Shown here: piece after piece, positions 26,911 to 36,476 of the stretch | Layout of the letters: each line of letters starts with the position of its first letter | How positions within the stretch are numbered: the first letter of the stretch is position 1 | Assembly: GCA_046582655.1 (NCBI GenBank) | Contig: JAYGDX010000013.1 | Coordinates: forward strand, 1-40,797 | Direction: 5' to 3' | Origin: Candidatus Poribacteria bacterium | GTDB taxonomy: Bacteria; Poribacteria; WGA-4E; UBA9662 | Length of the DNA: 40,797 nucleotides | Translations under genes and position numbers: made by a program | The notes under the pieces: model-generated | Told to the model about the DNA's origin: nothing | Seen by the model: the letters and a program-made list of their open reading frames with translations, nothing else | Databases searched by the model: none

Positions 26911-28248
26911 TTATGGGTTAGAAAAAACTTGTGATAGTTGATCTAATGTTTCATCGAAAGTTGAAGCTTCGTTTCCCTGCCGCAGAAACCCGTTCATAGC
27001 ATCCATATGCTCTATAGCATAGTCACTTTTGGGGTTCATCCCAACAGTATAGGCACCGATATTATAGGCATCCCGAATTTCCTCATAGTCCGCTAGAACC
27101 TGGCGGAATTGATCAGCGGCCGTATTTTGCTCGTCTGAAGCGATATCTCTCATGAGCCGGCTGAGGCTAAGGGAAACATCAATGGCAGGATAATGGTTTT
27201 GGGAAGCCAATGTCCTCGATAAAATAATGTGTCCATCAAGGATGCTACGAGTGGTATCGCCAATGGGGTCGTTGATATCATCGCCCTCAACAAGAACGGT
27301 ATAGAGTCCCGTAATTGAACCTCTATCGCTAGTCGTACCAGCACGTTCCATCAAAGCCGGAAGTTTGGCAAATACTGAAGGCGTATATCCACGTGTTGTC
27401 GGCGGTTCTCCGATTGACAGACCGATTTCCCGTTGCGCCATCGCAAACCGAGTAACGGAATCCATCATAAGAATCACGTTCGCACCTTGATCACGGAAAT
27501 ACTCGGCGATTGTTGTTGCCGTAACCGCACCTTGCACACGGAGAAGCGGTGGCTGATCCGATGTGACAGCAACCACAACCGATCTTTTTAATCCTTCTTC
27601 ACCGAGCGAGTCTTCAATGAATTCGCGCACTTCACGACCGCGTTCACCAACCAAGGCAATAACGTTAACATCCGATTCCGCATAACGTGCAATTTGACCG
27701 AGGAGTCGGCTTTTGCCAACCCCACTGCCGGAGAAGATACCAACACGTTGTCCTCTTCCGATGGTTAGTAAACTGTCAATGGCACGAATTCCCGTGCTGA
27801 TTTTCTCTGATATCCGTTGGCGGCTGTAGCAGCTCGGGGGGCTATTGTAGATAGGATACTTCTCAAGATTTGACAGATCACCAAGATCATCAAGCGGTTG
27901 CCCTAGGGCATCAATAACACGACCAAGAAGATGGTCACCAACTGGTACCGTAAGTGGAACATTTGTAACGCAAACTCGATCGCCAGAACGGATCCCGCGA
28001 ACATCACCCAACGGCATTAGCAGCAGCTTTTTATCCTCGAAACCGACAACCTCGGCATCCACATCTACCTGATTTCCTGTCATCAAATCCATGGTGATAA
28101 TCCGACACAGTTCGCCAACCGAAGCACTAACACCCTCAGCTTCGATAACAAGACCAACAACTTTGGTAACTTTGCCGAATGACGACACGAACTCCATATT
28201 CGGAATCTGGCTAATATACTTTCGAAGATTAATCTGTAACGGCTGCAT
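26911..28248 (-). CDS. fliI: Flagellar export ATPase FliI
   Basis: GIFSGSGVGKS, GERGREV, MDSVTRFAMAQREIGL, GEPP.TRGYTPSVF, ILDGHI.LSR, YPAID. Confidence 0.97.
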   Translation of the reverse strand: MQPLQINLRKYISQIPNMEFVSSFGKVTKVVGLVIEAEGVSASVGELCRIITMDLMTGNQVDVDAEVVGFEDKKLLLMPLGDVRGIRSGDRVCVTNVPLTVPVGDHLLGRVIDALGQPLDDLGDLSNLEKYPIYNSPPSCYSRQRISEKISTGIRAIDSLLTIGRGQRVGIFSGSGVGKSRLLGQIARYAESDVNVIALVGERGREVREFIEDSLGEEGLKRSVVVAVTSDQPPLLRVQGAVTATTIAEYFRDQGANVILMMDSVTRFAMAQREIGLSIGEPPTTRGYTPSVFAKLPALMERAGTTSDRGSITGLYTVLVEGDDINDPIGDTTRSILDGHIILSRTLASQNHYPAIDVSLSLSRLMRDIASDEQNTAADQFRQVLADYEEIRDAYNIGAYTVGMNPKSDYAIEHMDAMNGFLRQGNEASTFDETLDQLSQVFSNP

Positions 28249-29461
28249 CCTCAGTTCCGCTCAAATCAGACTTTTGACTGTTATAAATTTTCCAGATGTT
28301 TTCAACAGCATTACTGACCTTGGTTTGCCAAGTGATATCAATTAAATTTGATCCGTTATCAATCCGGCATTCGCCCAAACCCAGCTTTTCATCCGCACTA
28401 AGCTGTATTTGCTGAGTTTCCTCGTACTGATCAAGGAGATCGGGACGGAAGGTCTTTATTCGATCCAAATCTTCCGAGTTAAGGCAGATGAGAATCTGTG
28501 ACTTTTCTTCCATCATTTTCAATCCACTTTTGACGATATCCACAATAATATCTGGCCTAACGGAAAGTTCCAGACCGACAATTTTAGTTGAGGTGACAAT
28601 GACGAACTCAAGGAGCTCCTCCTCAAACTGCGTGGTCAGTTGGGTGCGGAATTCAGTAATTTCGTTAATCAGATTCTGCAGCGTTTGGGAAAGGAAGCTG
28701 GTCTGCTCGACAATGCTGTTTCTGGATTCCTCAAGCCCTTGTGCCCGCCCTTCCTCAATAGCTGTCTGCAAATCATGTTCAATTTGGGTTTGCGCTTCTT
28801 GAGTCATGTGGTTCGCTTCCTGCCTTGCCGTTGCGAGGATGTTATCAGCTTCCGTTTGGGCGTATTGAAGTTCTTCTTCCGCTTTTTCTTTGGCCTGGTT
28901 AAGATTCTCTTCCAACTTCGCATTCAGGATACGGAATATGCCTTCGACAGCTTGAAAGTTTTGTTGAGCGATCTTGAGGAAATTTTCCCGCGAAATTCTC
29001 AGCATTCTTGTACTTGCACTCGTTTTGACAGTCGCACTACGGGTAGCATTTTCTTCAATCAACGCCATTTCGCCAATGCAAGTTCTCGGCTGATTCATAG
29101 TGAATACCGCGATATCATCTTTCAAGATCTGGACTTCACCATCAACCAGGAAATAAAGCGAGTCTCCTATGTCGCCCTCATAAAATAACATTTCGTCAGC
29201 TTGATAATAAATTTCTTCAGCCACACTGCATATGGCTGTGACCACACCGGCAGATAGGTCCCTACAAAGATCTGTATGCTGCAGGAAATCGTTTTTTTCT
29301 TCAGGAGAGAGTTCGGGAGGTTGGTCGAGCTCAGCCTCAGGTGCTTCCGTTTCCGGCAATGAAACGGTCAAATCCCCAAAATCTTCTAGATCCAGGATAG
29401 TTCCAATCGAATCTATGTCACGCGATTTTGGAAGTTGGTCATCGCGAAGAATTCGTGCCAT
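28229..29461 (-). CDS. fliH: FliH fused to a cyclic-nucleotide-binding (CRP-like) domain
   Basis: Between fliG and fliI. The C-terminal half is FliH (AxxxA coil, EEGRAQG, ICLNSEDL, D..L..GECRID). Residues ~56-183 form a cNMP-binding domain (LFYEGDIGDSLYFLVDGEV, GEMALIEENATRSATV). Confidence 0.9.
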   Translation of the reverse strand: MARILRDDQLPKSRDIDSIGTILDLEDFGDLTVSLPETEAPEAELDQPPELSPEEKNDFLQHTDLCRDLSAGVVTAICSVAEEIYYQADEMLFYEGDIGDSLYFLVDGEVQILKDDIAVFTMNQPRTCIGEMALIEENATRSATVKTSASTRMLRISRENFLKIAQQNFQAVEGIFRILNAKLEENLNQAKEKAEEELQYAQTEADNILATARQEANHMTQEAQTQIEHDLQTAIEEGRAQGLEESRNSIVEQTSFLSQTLQNLINEITEFRTQLTTQFEEELLEFVIVTSTKIVGLELSVRPDIIVDIVKSGLKMMEEKSQILICLNSEDLDRIKTFRPDLLDQYEETQQIQLSADEKLGLGECRIDNGSNLIDITWQTKVSNAVENIWKIYNSQKSDLSGTEDAAVTD

Positions 29462-29484
29462 TTTATTTGAGAGTCACCGATTGA

Positions 29485-30498
29485 TTAGAGAACCTGGCTG
29501 ACATCACGAACAAGCATTAATTCCTCTTCGTCTATCATTGCTTTGGCAGTGTCCAAGATTCTTTCATGCGCCTCTAAAACTATGGCGACAGGTTTAGGAT
29601 CCATAATCTTGACTTCTTCTTCAATTTCTTCTCTCTTTCTCTGCGACATGCTGGCAAAAATCCTCTCTGTCAGCTCCTCACTGCAAAGTTTTAAAGAGGT
29701 AGCAATATCCAGGTCATTTGCGCTTCGTATCAAGGCCCCAAAACCTTTCTTATCTGCGAACATGAGATCTTCAAAAGTGAACATGGCTGAAGAAATCTCT
29801 TCGGACAGATCGGGATCTTCGGCACTAATCCCAGAGAGAATCGCAGTTTGAGAAACAGAATCGACATTTTGCATAATCTGTGCGACACGTTGTGGACCGG
29901 TTATGTCACTCTTTGAGGTACTGACAATTGCAGAAATTTTTCCTCGCAACTGCTTCTGGATACGCGTTAGCACTTCCGGATTAATTTCATCCAGTGTGGA
30001 GATTCGCTTAACCACATCAAGTTTCATATCTGGGTCCAGGTTACTCAATACCGAACTGGCTTGGTTTGGACTCAGGTTGGCTAAGATAAGTGCAATCGTT
30101 TGCGGAGACTCCGTTTGGATAATAGCGACCAAGCTCTCAGGATCCGCCTGTTCCATAAAATCGAACGGATTGCCTTCAACTGACCTTGAAACACGTTCAA
30201 GCATACGGTCAGCTTCGTCTTCTCTCATTACCATTTTCAGAATTGACCTGGCATACTCCAACCCACCCTGAACCATGTACTGATTGGTCATTAACAGCAT
30301 CCGAAACTCGCGCAATACTTCCAATCGCAGTTCACCTGAGAGCATACGGGTTTGACCAATCTCGGTAGTGATTATCTCGATTTCTTCTGCATTAAACTGC
30401 TCCATAACACCAGATGACTCATTTATGCCGAGCGCAATTAACAATACCGCGGCTTTCTGTCTTCCAGTTAGATCTTCAAATCGCGTTGTTTGTTGCAT
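29485..30498 (-). CDS. fliG: Flagellar rotor/switch protein FliG
   Basis: LTGRQKAAVLLIALG, QGGLEYAR, PFDF, ESPQTIALIL, MFTFEDL. Confidence 0.95.
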   Translation of the reverse strand: MQQTTRFEDLTGRQKAAVLLIALGINESSGVMEQFNAEEIEIITTEIGQTRMLSGELRLEVLREFRMLLMTNQYMVQGGLEYARSILKMVMREDEADRMLERVSRSVEGNPFDFMEQADPESLVAIIQTESPQTIALILANLSPNQASSVLSNLDPDMKLDVVKRISTLDEINPEVLTRIQKQLRGKISAIVSTSKSDITGPQRVAQIMQNVDSVSQTAILSGISAEDPDLSEEISSAMFTFEDLMFADKKGFGALIRSANDLDIATSLKLCSEELTERIFASMSQRKREEIEEEVKIMDPKPVAIVLEAHERILDTAKAMIDEEELMLVRDVSQVL

Positions 30499-30522
30499 CG
30501 TTACTCAATCTCCTGAGAGTTA

Positions 30523-32235
30523 TTAAGTTTCACCTTCTGAGTCCAGCCAAGTTCGCATGAGCGCGACAACAATCTCGGGGTTGCTCTGGACAGAACTAGC
30601 AATTTCACGTTGGAGCCGTGCAATCTCTAGTTCCTCTGACCCTTCCATCGCACCGCCATCCTCTTCATCACCAAGGAGACCAGCGGCATCTGTTCCAATT
30701 CCAGCTAGAGCGTCATCACTCAATTCGTCATCCTCAAGAGATGGTTCGCCTGAGATGGCAGCCACGCCACCACCACCAACCCTTGCCTGCGCTTGCGGTG
30801 CATCCGTAGCACCTAAGCCTGAGAAGAATGACCTCATCAACAGCATCAACGCAGCAACCACAACCAGAACGATAATGTACTTAGCAGCAGATCCGGCTAC
30901 TGCCAACCGCTCTTTTGTTTTGTTTATGGTCGATTGTTCCGCCGGGTAAGTACGATCGAATGGCAAGCTTACCACAGAAACTTGATCGCCGCGTGCAACA
31001 TCATAACCAATTGCGGTTTGTATCGCGCTTGCGAGTAGCGCTTCTTCGGCCTGTGTCCAAGGCGTATATGTGATTACTCCATTTGGATCAATCTGTTTTC
31101 TTTGATCAATCAGTAATGTTGCAGTGATCTTCTTAATCTTGGCAGGGGCTCTCTTGGTAATTGTGGTTGTTCTACTCACCAACCGTGTTTTTTCAGTACT
31201 GTTCCTGGTGACCGTCAACTCATTATTTTGATTCAGGCTGCTCGATGAACCGATAGTATTTGGTACCATCCCGGGTTGACTGCCCACCGTTGTTCCCGGT
31301 CCCGCTGTTGTTTCTTCTATCACAGTCTCGGTGTCAACTGGAATTTCTATAGCTTCGATTCCTGATGGGTTATATTCAATTTGATCTGTGCTAATCTCGT
31401 CAAAATCACCTTCAACCCGCACAATGGCCTGCACATATTGCGGGTTGCCAACAAGTGGTGTCATACGCCTCATAATCTTTTGTTCCAGTTCGGCAGCCAC
31501 ACGTTTCTCAAATTCATACTGTTGGTTTCTAAGACCGACAATCAGGTCTTGATCTGTTGTTTCCGGCATGATGTTAAGCGGTCGACCAAAACTATCGATA
31601 ATCTTGACATTATCGACGGTCAATCCACGTACCGATGCGGCCATCATATTGGCGATTCCGTCAATCTGCTTGTAATCAAGACGACGCCCGTGCTTCAACT
31701 CAACCGTGAGGCTGGCTTTGGCTGGTTCTTTTTCCACCGCAAATGGCGAGTCTACCATCGGCGTAATGTCGACAGCGGCATACTTAACCGGATCGAGTGA
31801 TTCAATCGAGTTGCGGATGCTGATTTCAGCCTGCTCTTCTGCTTTTCGGTTATAATCGAGAAAAGTATCACCCAGACCCGATTGATCAAAGACATCAAAA
31901 CCACTGCCAGACTGTGGCAGTTTTTCCACCGTCAGAATCATACGGGCCCTATCAGACAGGCTTTCCGGCACATAGAGAGCCCCTTCTGTGGTCAGGCGAC
32001 TTTCATCAAAAGACACGCCAGCATTTGTTAATTCCCTCTGGATTAATAACCGATCCCGCTTGGAAAGACTGGACAAGATAAGTTTTTCCTCTTCCGTCCC
32101 AGAAAAGATAATTAAACCGACAAATGCGGACAGAATTAGGACAGCGACAATAGGAAGAAGGATCTTAGCTTGTCGAGGAAGGTTGGTCCAGGAACTTTGT
32201 AACTGTTCGTAGAGAATTTGTAGTGCGGGCGACAT
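30523..32235 (-). CDS. fliF: Flagellar MS-ring protein FliF
   Basis: Two TMs, GFDVFD, AKASLTV, SVRGL..DNVKIID..G..L, AIGYD..RGDQVSV...F, C-terminal NPE.V..LMRTWL. Confidence 0.94.
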   Translation of the reverse strand: MSPALQILYEQLQSSWTNLPRQAKILLPIVAVLILSAFVGLIIFSGTEEEKLILSSLSKRDRLLIQRELTNAGVSFDESRLTTEGALYVPESLSDRARMILTVEKLPQSGSGFDVFDQSGLGDTFLDYNRKAEEQAEISIRNSIESLDPVKYAAVDITPMVDSPFAVEKEPAKASLTVELKHGRRLDYKQIDGIANMMAASVRGLTVDNVKIIDSFGRPLNIMPETTDQDLIVGLRNQQYEFEKRVAAELEQKIMRRMTPLVGNPQYVQAIVRVEGDFDEISTDQIEYNPSGIEAIEIPVDTETVIEETTAGPGTTVGSQPGMVPNTIGSSSSLNQNNELTVTRNSTEKTRLVSRTTTITKRAPAKIKKITATLLIDQRKQIDPNGVITYTPWTQAEEALLASAIQTAIGYDVARGDQVSVVSLPFDRTYPAEQSTINKTKERLAVAGSAAKYIIVLVVVAALMLLMRSFFSGLGATDAPQAQARVGGGGVAAISGEPSLEDDELSDDALAGIGTDAAGLLGDEEDGGAMEGSEELEIARLQREIASSVQSNPEIVVALMRTWLDSEGET

Positions 32236-32295
32236 AAAATTGACCTTTAGTTCTTACACCTACGTATAGGTACTATGATTTAAAGAACGTATTTT

Positions 32296-32324
32296 ATGTT
32301 AATCCGCTACAAATTTTTTGTCAA
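32296..32324 (-). promoter_or_regulatory. Sigma70-type internal promoter upstream of fliF
   Basis: Minus strand TTGACA, 17-nt spacer, TAACAT in the fliE-fliF gap. Confidence 0.6.
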
Positions 32325-32335
32325 CCTCAAATGGA

Positions 32336-32638
32336 TTAGGATTGCATGCGGAGAACTTCTTGGTAGGCTTCAACAAGTCGATTTCGAACCTGTGTCATCA
32401 ATTGGAACGACACATTGGCCTTTTCGACCGCGATCATAGTTTGAGCAATATCTTTCGTTTCGCCAGTTGCCAGCGCTTCAATTGCCCGGTCGGCTTCTTT
32501 TTGAAGTTGGTTTACTTCTTCCATTGAATCGGTAAGCGTTTCAGAAAATGAGCCGGTTTGCTGATCTGACTTGGTATTCTTAACATCATTTTTTTGCAGT
32601 TTGGGTGAAATTGGCGTTAACGTACGTTGTAATTTCAT
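32336..32638 (-). CDS. fliE: Basal-body protein FliE
   Basis: EVNQLQ..AD.....[27 protein letters not shown]. Confidence 0.96.
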   Translation of the reverse strand: MKLQRTLTPISPKLQKNDVKNTKSDQQTGSFSETLTDSMEEVNQLQKEADRAIEALATGETKDIAQTMIAVEKANVSFQLMTQVRNRLVEAYQEVLRMQS

Positions 32639-32665
32639 TATTCTGGATCTCCTTGTTACAACCTT

Positions 32666-33142
32666 CTATGATCCAATATCCAATGCTTTCTCTGCCATTC
32701 GTTTTGTAATATTAATGGCAGTGATATTAGACTCATACGAACGTGACGCAGACATCATGTTGACCATTTCCACGATAGGATCAATGTTCGGCAACCGAAC
32801 AATGCCTTTCTCGTTAGCATCGGGATGGCCTGGATTGTAGAGTTCTCGAAACGGCCGCTGATCTTCAACGATATCAGTGACCCGAACACCACGAGCAGCA
32901 TTACTGAACGTATTGGTTAAACCGGCATATTTTCGCAAAGCAGCATTGACATTATCTTGAAACAATGGGATCGATTCATTCGTAGCAAACAGAACTTCTT
33001 TTCGTCGATAGGGCTCACCTTTTTCCGTTCTGGTCGTATGAACGTTAGCCAGATTGTTGGCGATGACATTCATGCGAAATCTTTGTGCACGCAATGCCGT
33101 AACGCTTGTGTTCAGTGAAGTAAACAGGTCCATATTTTTCAT
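32666..33142 (-). CDS. flgC: Proximal rod protein FlgC
   Basis: AQRFRMNVIANNLANVHTT, PYRRK, YNPGHPDA, EMVNMMSASRSYESN. Confidence 0.97.
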   Translation of the reverse strand: MKNMDLFTSLNTSVTALRAQRFRMNVIANNLANVHTTRTEKGEPYRRKEVLFATNESIPLFQDNVNAALRKYAGLTNTFSNAARGVRVTDIVEDQRPFRELYNPGHPDANEKGIVRLPNIDPIVEMVNMMSASRSYESNITAINITKRMAEKALDIGS

Positions 33143-33165
33143 AATTTTTCTCCTCTCTATTCAAA

Positions 33166-33627
33166 TCATACGCGGCCGGTAATAGCCATTCGCATCATCC
33201 GCGATTTTCTATTGTAGAGTTCAAGATAGGCACGGTGAAAGTAGGAGTTCTCCATCAACTTGGCCATTTCACGATCCACATCAACGCTGTTTGAATCCAA
33301 ACGCTCCTGTTCACTCGGTTCTGTATAGATAGTTGCTCGCAATCGGGAGGCATCAAGTTTCTTTTCCGCTGAGAGCTTGACAGCAATATTAAACTCTCGT
33401 TCCTCTAGCCGTTTCAGGCTGCTTTTCGTCGAACGGCCTTTTATAACGCTATTCCTTCGCCATAGAGCCAATTTCTCTTTCAGCGCATCCTGAAAATTGA
33501 TATCGAGACTCTGAAAATTGGGAGTATCGCCATTAGCGATATTGTTGACGATTAGTTGGTGCCTCAGTTTTGTACCTTCGATAGCAACTTCAAGTGATTT
33601 AGATGTGATGTCGAAAAGATTTGCCAT
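33166..33627 (-). CDS. flgB: Proximal rod protein FlgB
   Basis: NNIANGDTPNF...DINF and RLDSNSVDVDREM. Confidence 0.95.
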   Translation of the reverse strand: MANLFDITSKSLEVAIEGTKLRHQLIVNNIANGDTPNFQSLDINFQDALKEKLALWRRNSVIKGRSTKSSLKRLEEREFNIAVKLSAEKKLDASRLRATIYTEPSEQERLDSNSVDVDREMAKLMENSYFHRAYLELYNRKSRMMRMAITGRV

Positions 33628-33677
33628 ATCAATTTGCTCCGAAATGATCCGTTTCTACTTAGCCCATATTGTATGAT

Positions 33678-33693
33678 AGCAAGAAGTGAGCCA
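33678..33693 (-). promoter_or_regulatory. Sigma54 (-24/-12) promoter upstream of flgB
   Basis: Minus strand TGGCTCACTTCTTGCT: GG-N10-GC, ~50 bp upstream of the flgB ATG. Confidence 0.75.
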
Positions 33694-33697
33694 AAAA

Positions 33698-35050
33698 TCA
33701 GGCTTCCTGCCCCTCATCCCGATATTCACGCAATTTGTTGCGGATTGTTCGCGATGTAATATCGAGTGCTTCGGCAGTTTTGGTCCGATTGCCGTCATAA
33801 GCGCTAAGAGTTTTGAGAATCACCTCTTTCTCAATGTCGCGGAGTGACATCCCCACCTTAAATGAAACAGACCCGTCTTCTTGAACCGAGGTACTATCCT
33901 GTATTAATGGAGTTTTTCGCAGGTGGATGTTCCCTCTCTCTACGCAATCACTTTGGGTTTCAATCACCGCCTCCTGCACGATATTCTGGAGTTGCCGAAT
34001 ATTTCCAGGAAAATCGTAGACTGCCAATTCTGCCATCGCGTCGTCTGAAAACCCGTTAATTTTCCGATCGTACTCATCACAATAGACTTTCAAGAAATGG
34101 TTAGCCAAAAGTGGGATATCCACTCTACGCCGATGCAAAGGGGGAATTGAGATTCGAATAACATCAAGGCGAAAAAAAAGATCCGGTCGAAATTTTCCGT
34201 CATTCACCAGTTGCTCGATATTCTCGTTGGTTGAAGCAATAATGCGGGCATTCACCTTAATTGGCTGGCTGGCGCCGATTCTCTCGATCTCCCGTTCCTG
34301 TAGTGCCCGTAAAAGTTTAGCCTGAAGTTCCGACGAGAGTTCGCTGATTTCATCCAGAAAGAGTGTTCCCTTGTGCGCACGCTCAAAACGACCGATATGG
34401 AGCGCGTTTGATCCTGTGTAGGAACCTTTTTCCGCCCCAAACATCTCACTCTCCAGCAATGAATTAGGGATGGCCGCACAGTTTAGAGCGACCATCTCTC
34501 CTGTTTCGTTCCGACGACTATTATTGTGCAACGCTTGCGCAATCAGCTCTTTTCCGGTTCCCGTTTCGCCCTGAATTAAGACAGGAGCGTTACTCGGCGC
34601 AACCATTCGAATTTTGTCCAAAATTTGGAGCATGTAAGTATCTTCAGTAATAATGTTTGCAAAATCCGTTTCTTTCTCGGGTTGATGGACATCAATGAAC
34701 TGCTCGATAATATCGATCAACTTATCAGGAGGAAACGGCTTCTGCAAATAATCAACTGCACCTTCTTTAATGACGTTAATGGCATCTTGCAGATTAGGGA
34801 AACCGGTCATAATCACAACAGAAGTGTCGGGACATAGTTCTTTGATCTTTTGAAAGAGTGTTAACCCATCCATTCCCGGCATCTTAACATCCGTCAATAC
34901 CAGCGAAAATCCACGGTGGGCCATTAGATCTATTGCTTCATGCGCACTACTAGCCGTCATGGCTGAATAACCGCCGCGACGAAGTGTTTCAATCACCGCT
35001 CCCCGCATAAAATCCTCATCATCGACAACAAGAATATCACATTCGTTCAT
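33698..35050 (-). CDS. Sigma54-dependent flagellar response regulator (FleR/FlrC/FlgR-like; REC-AAA+-Fis HTH)
   Basis: VVDDE, LTDVKMPGMDG, GETGTGKE, NCAAIP, GSYTGS loop, LFLDEI, FRPDLFFRL, FPGNIRQL, GNRTKTAEAL. Confidence 0.92.
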   Translation of the reverse strand: MNECDILVVDDEDFMRGAVIETLRRGGYSAMTASSAHEAIDLMAHRGFSLVLTDVKMPGMDGLTLFQKIKELCPDTSVVIMTGFPNLQDAINVIKEGAVDYLQKPFPPDKLIDIIEQFIDVHQPEKETDFANIITEDTYMLQILDKIRMVAPSNAPVLIQGETGTGKELIAQALHNNSRRNETGEMVALNCAAIPNSLLESEMFGAEKGSYTGSNALHIGRFERAHKGTLFLDEISELSSELQAKLLRALQEREIERIGASQPIKVNARIIASTNENIEQLVNDGKFRPDLFFRLDVIRISIPPLHRRRVDIPLLANHFLKVYCDEYDRKINGFSDDAMAELAVYDFPGNIRQLQNIVQEAVIETQSDCVERGNIHLRKTPLIQDSTSVQEDGSVSFKVGMSLRDIEKEVILKTLSAYDGNRTKTAEALDITSRTIRNKLREYRDEGQEA

Positions 35051-35062
35051 GGCTCATTTCCC

Positions 35063-36334
35063 TTAATTCACTGCTTGAATCGGTTTAGTTTCCACTTGAA
35101 AAACCGGCGGTTGTTGTCGTCTGGCATCACAAGGCAACTCGACAAAAAATTGGGTGCCAACCCCTTCGGTACTCACAACCCGGATTCGGCCATAGTGTGC
35201 CTGTACAATGCGATTGACGGTGTGCAATCCCAATCCAGTACCTGTGGGTTTTGTGGTAAAGAAGGGAGTGAAAATCTTCTCCTGAATGTCTGTTGGAATT
35301 CCCTTACCATTATCTGCAATGCATAAGGTCACCAACTCTTTTTCCGAGTCGATTCCAACATGGATCTCCAAATTACCTCCATCCGGCATAGCCTGAATGG
35401 CGTTGAGAACAAGGTTCAACATTGCCTGCTTAAGTTGCTCGAAGTCTCCATAACAAACCACTTGACTTTCAGTATCGCAGCTCCTCTCCAGTGGAATGTC
35501 TTTTTCATCCATGGCGTACTGGGTGAATGAGAGAACATCATCCAGGAGTTCATTGAGATCGACAAACTCAAACTTCGCCCTGACCGGGCGTGCCAACGAC
35601 AGCAGATTATAGGTAATGGATTCCAACGAGTTGAGCCCTCTAACTACAGAATCTGCTAACTCTTTGCGATCGTCCTTTAGCTCTTGCTGAAGCATGCCAG
35701 CATAAAGCCGTATGGCACCAAGCGGATTCCGCAGATCATGGGCTACCTCTGCTGCCATTTTACCGAGTTCAGCCAGTGCTGTTGATCTACTAAGTTGTTC
35801 CTCGAGTTGTTTCCGTTCCGAGATGTTATGTACGATCTCAAGTGCACCCAGCACATCACCATTGGCATTTGAAATTAAGTTTGTACTGATCTCAACGGCA
35901 ATCGGTTCCGCAAGTTTCGGGTTTTTGATGAAGCCTTCATAACTTTTGTAAGGTTTTCCCTCCTGAAGCGTATGCAACAAATAAGGCCGATCCGAAAATA
36001 GTTTTTCATACAGTTGCCCCATTGCTTCTTCCGATCCTATGCCGGTTAAACTCTCGGCAGCATGGTTAAACAAACTGACGTTTCCATTGAGATCGACAGC
36101 GATGACTGAAGCCGTCATACTCTCCAGAATACAGGCTAGCTTATCATGGAGCTCTTCTTTTTCAATCAGACTTTGTGTCAATTCCCGATTTGTCTGTTCA
36201 AGTTCCCGATTGACAGTTTCCAGCCGCCTTTCAAGATCGGTATAAGCCTCAGTTAATTTGTCAGTTGCCGAATCAAAAGAATCGAAGGCCTCGGCAAAGA
36301 ACTGTAATAAGTCAGCATCAAGTTTTTCAGGCAT
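35063..36334 (-). CDS. Cytoplasmic PAS histidine kinase (FleS/FlrB/FlgS-like)
   Basis: N-terminal coiled coil, PAS (FNHAAE.LTG), H-box VAHDLRNPL, NLVLNAIQAM, DNGKGI, PFFTTK..GTGLGL; no TM. Confidence 0.92.
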   Translation of the reverse strand: MPEKLDADLLQFFAEAFDSFDSATDKLTEAYTDLERRLETVNRELEQTNRELTQSLIEKEELHDKLACILESMTASVIAVDLNGNVSLFNHAAESLTGIGSEEAMGQLYEKLFSDRPYLLHTLQEGKPYKSYEGFIKNPKLAEPIAVEISTNLISNANGDVLGALEIVHNISERKQLEEQLSRSTALAELGKMAAEVAHDLRNPLGAIRLYAGMLQQELKDDRKELADSVVRGLNSLESITYNLLSLARPVRAKFEFVDLNELLDDVLSFTQYAMDEKDIPLERSCDTESQVVCYGDFEQLKQAMLNLVLNAIQAMPDGGNLEIHVGIDSEKELVTLCIADNGKGIPTDIQEKIFTPFFTTKPTGTGLGLHTVNRIVQAHYGRIRVVSTEGVGTQFFVELPCDARRQQPPVFQVETKPIQAVN

Positions 36335-36400
36335 CGAAAGTGTGGTTAGACCTTACCATGTCAGGCAAAAAATTAAGCAGCAAACCTCTATCACCTAGTG

Positions 36401-36430
36401 ATTTTAACACAGATAGAAATCCATTCACAA
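36401..36430 (-). promoter_or_regulatory. Possible sigma70 promoter for the kinase/regulator pair
   Basis: Minus strand TTGTGA, 18-nt spacer, TAAAAT with extended TGn; ATCAC-CTA-GTGAT palindrome just downstream. Confidence 0.45.
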
Positions 36431-36476
36431 GAAACTAGCAATAAATAACAGAGGGAATTAATCAGGGAAGAATAAA

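Noticed and set aside
26911..28248. Non-flagellar injectisome or F1 ATPase interpretation
   Set aside because: The context includes hook, rod, stator, cap and flagellin genes, so this is a flagellar system.
28640..29188. 182-aa plus-strand ORF over the cNMP region of fliH
   Set aside because: Antisense shadow of a well-supported gene, with no motif or RBS.
36415..36429. CRP-binding site (TGTGA half-site) upstream of the kinase, attractive given the cNMP-FliH fusion
   Set aside because: The second half-site (TCACA at 6-nt spacing) is missing; better explained as a -35 element.
36335..36476. c-di-GMP (GEMM) riboswitch in flagellar intergenic gaps
   Set aside because: I could not find the GEMM stem pattern here or in the other gaps by eye; an Infernal scan would be needed.
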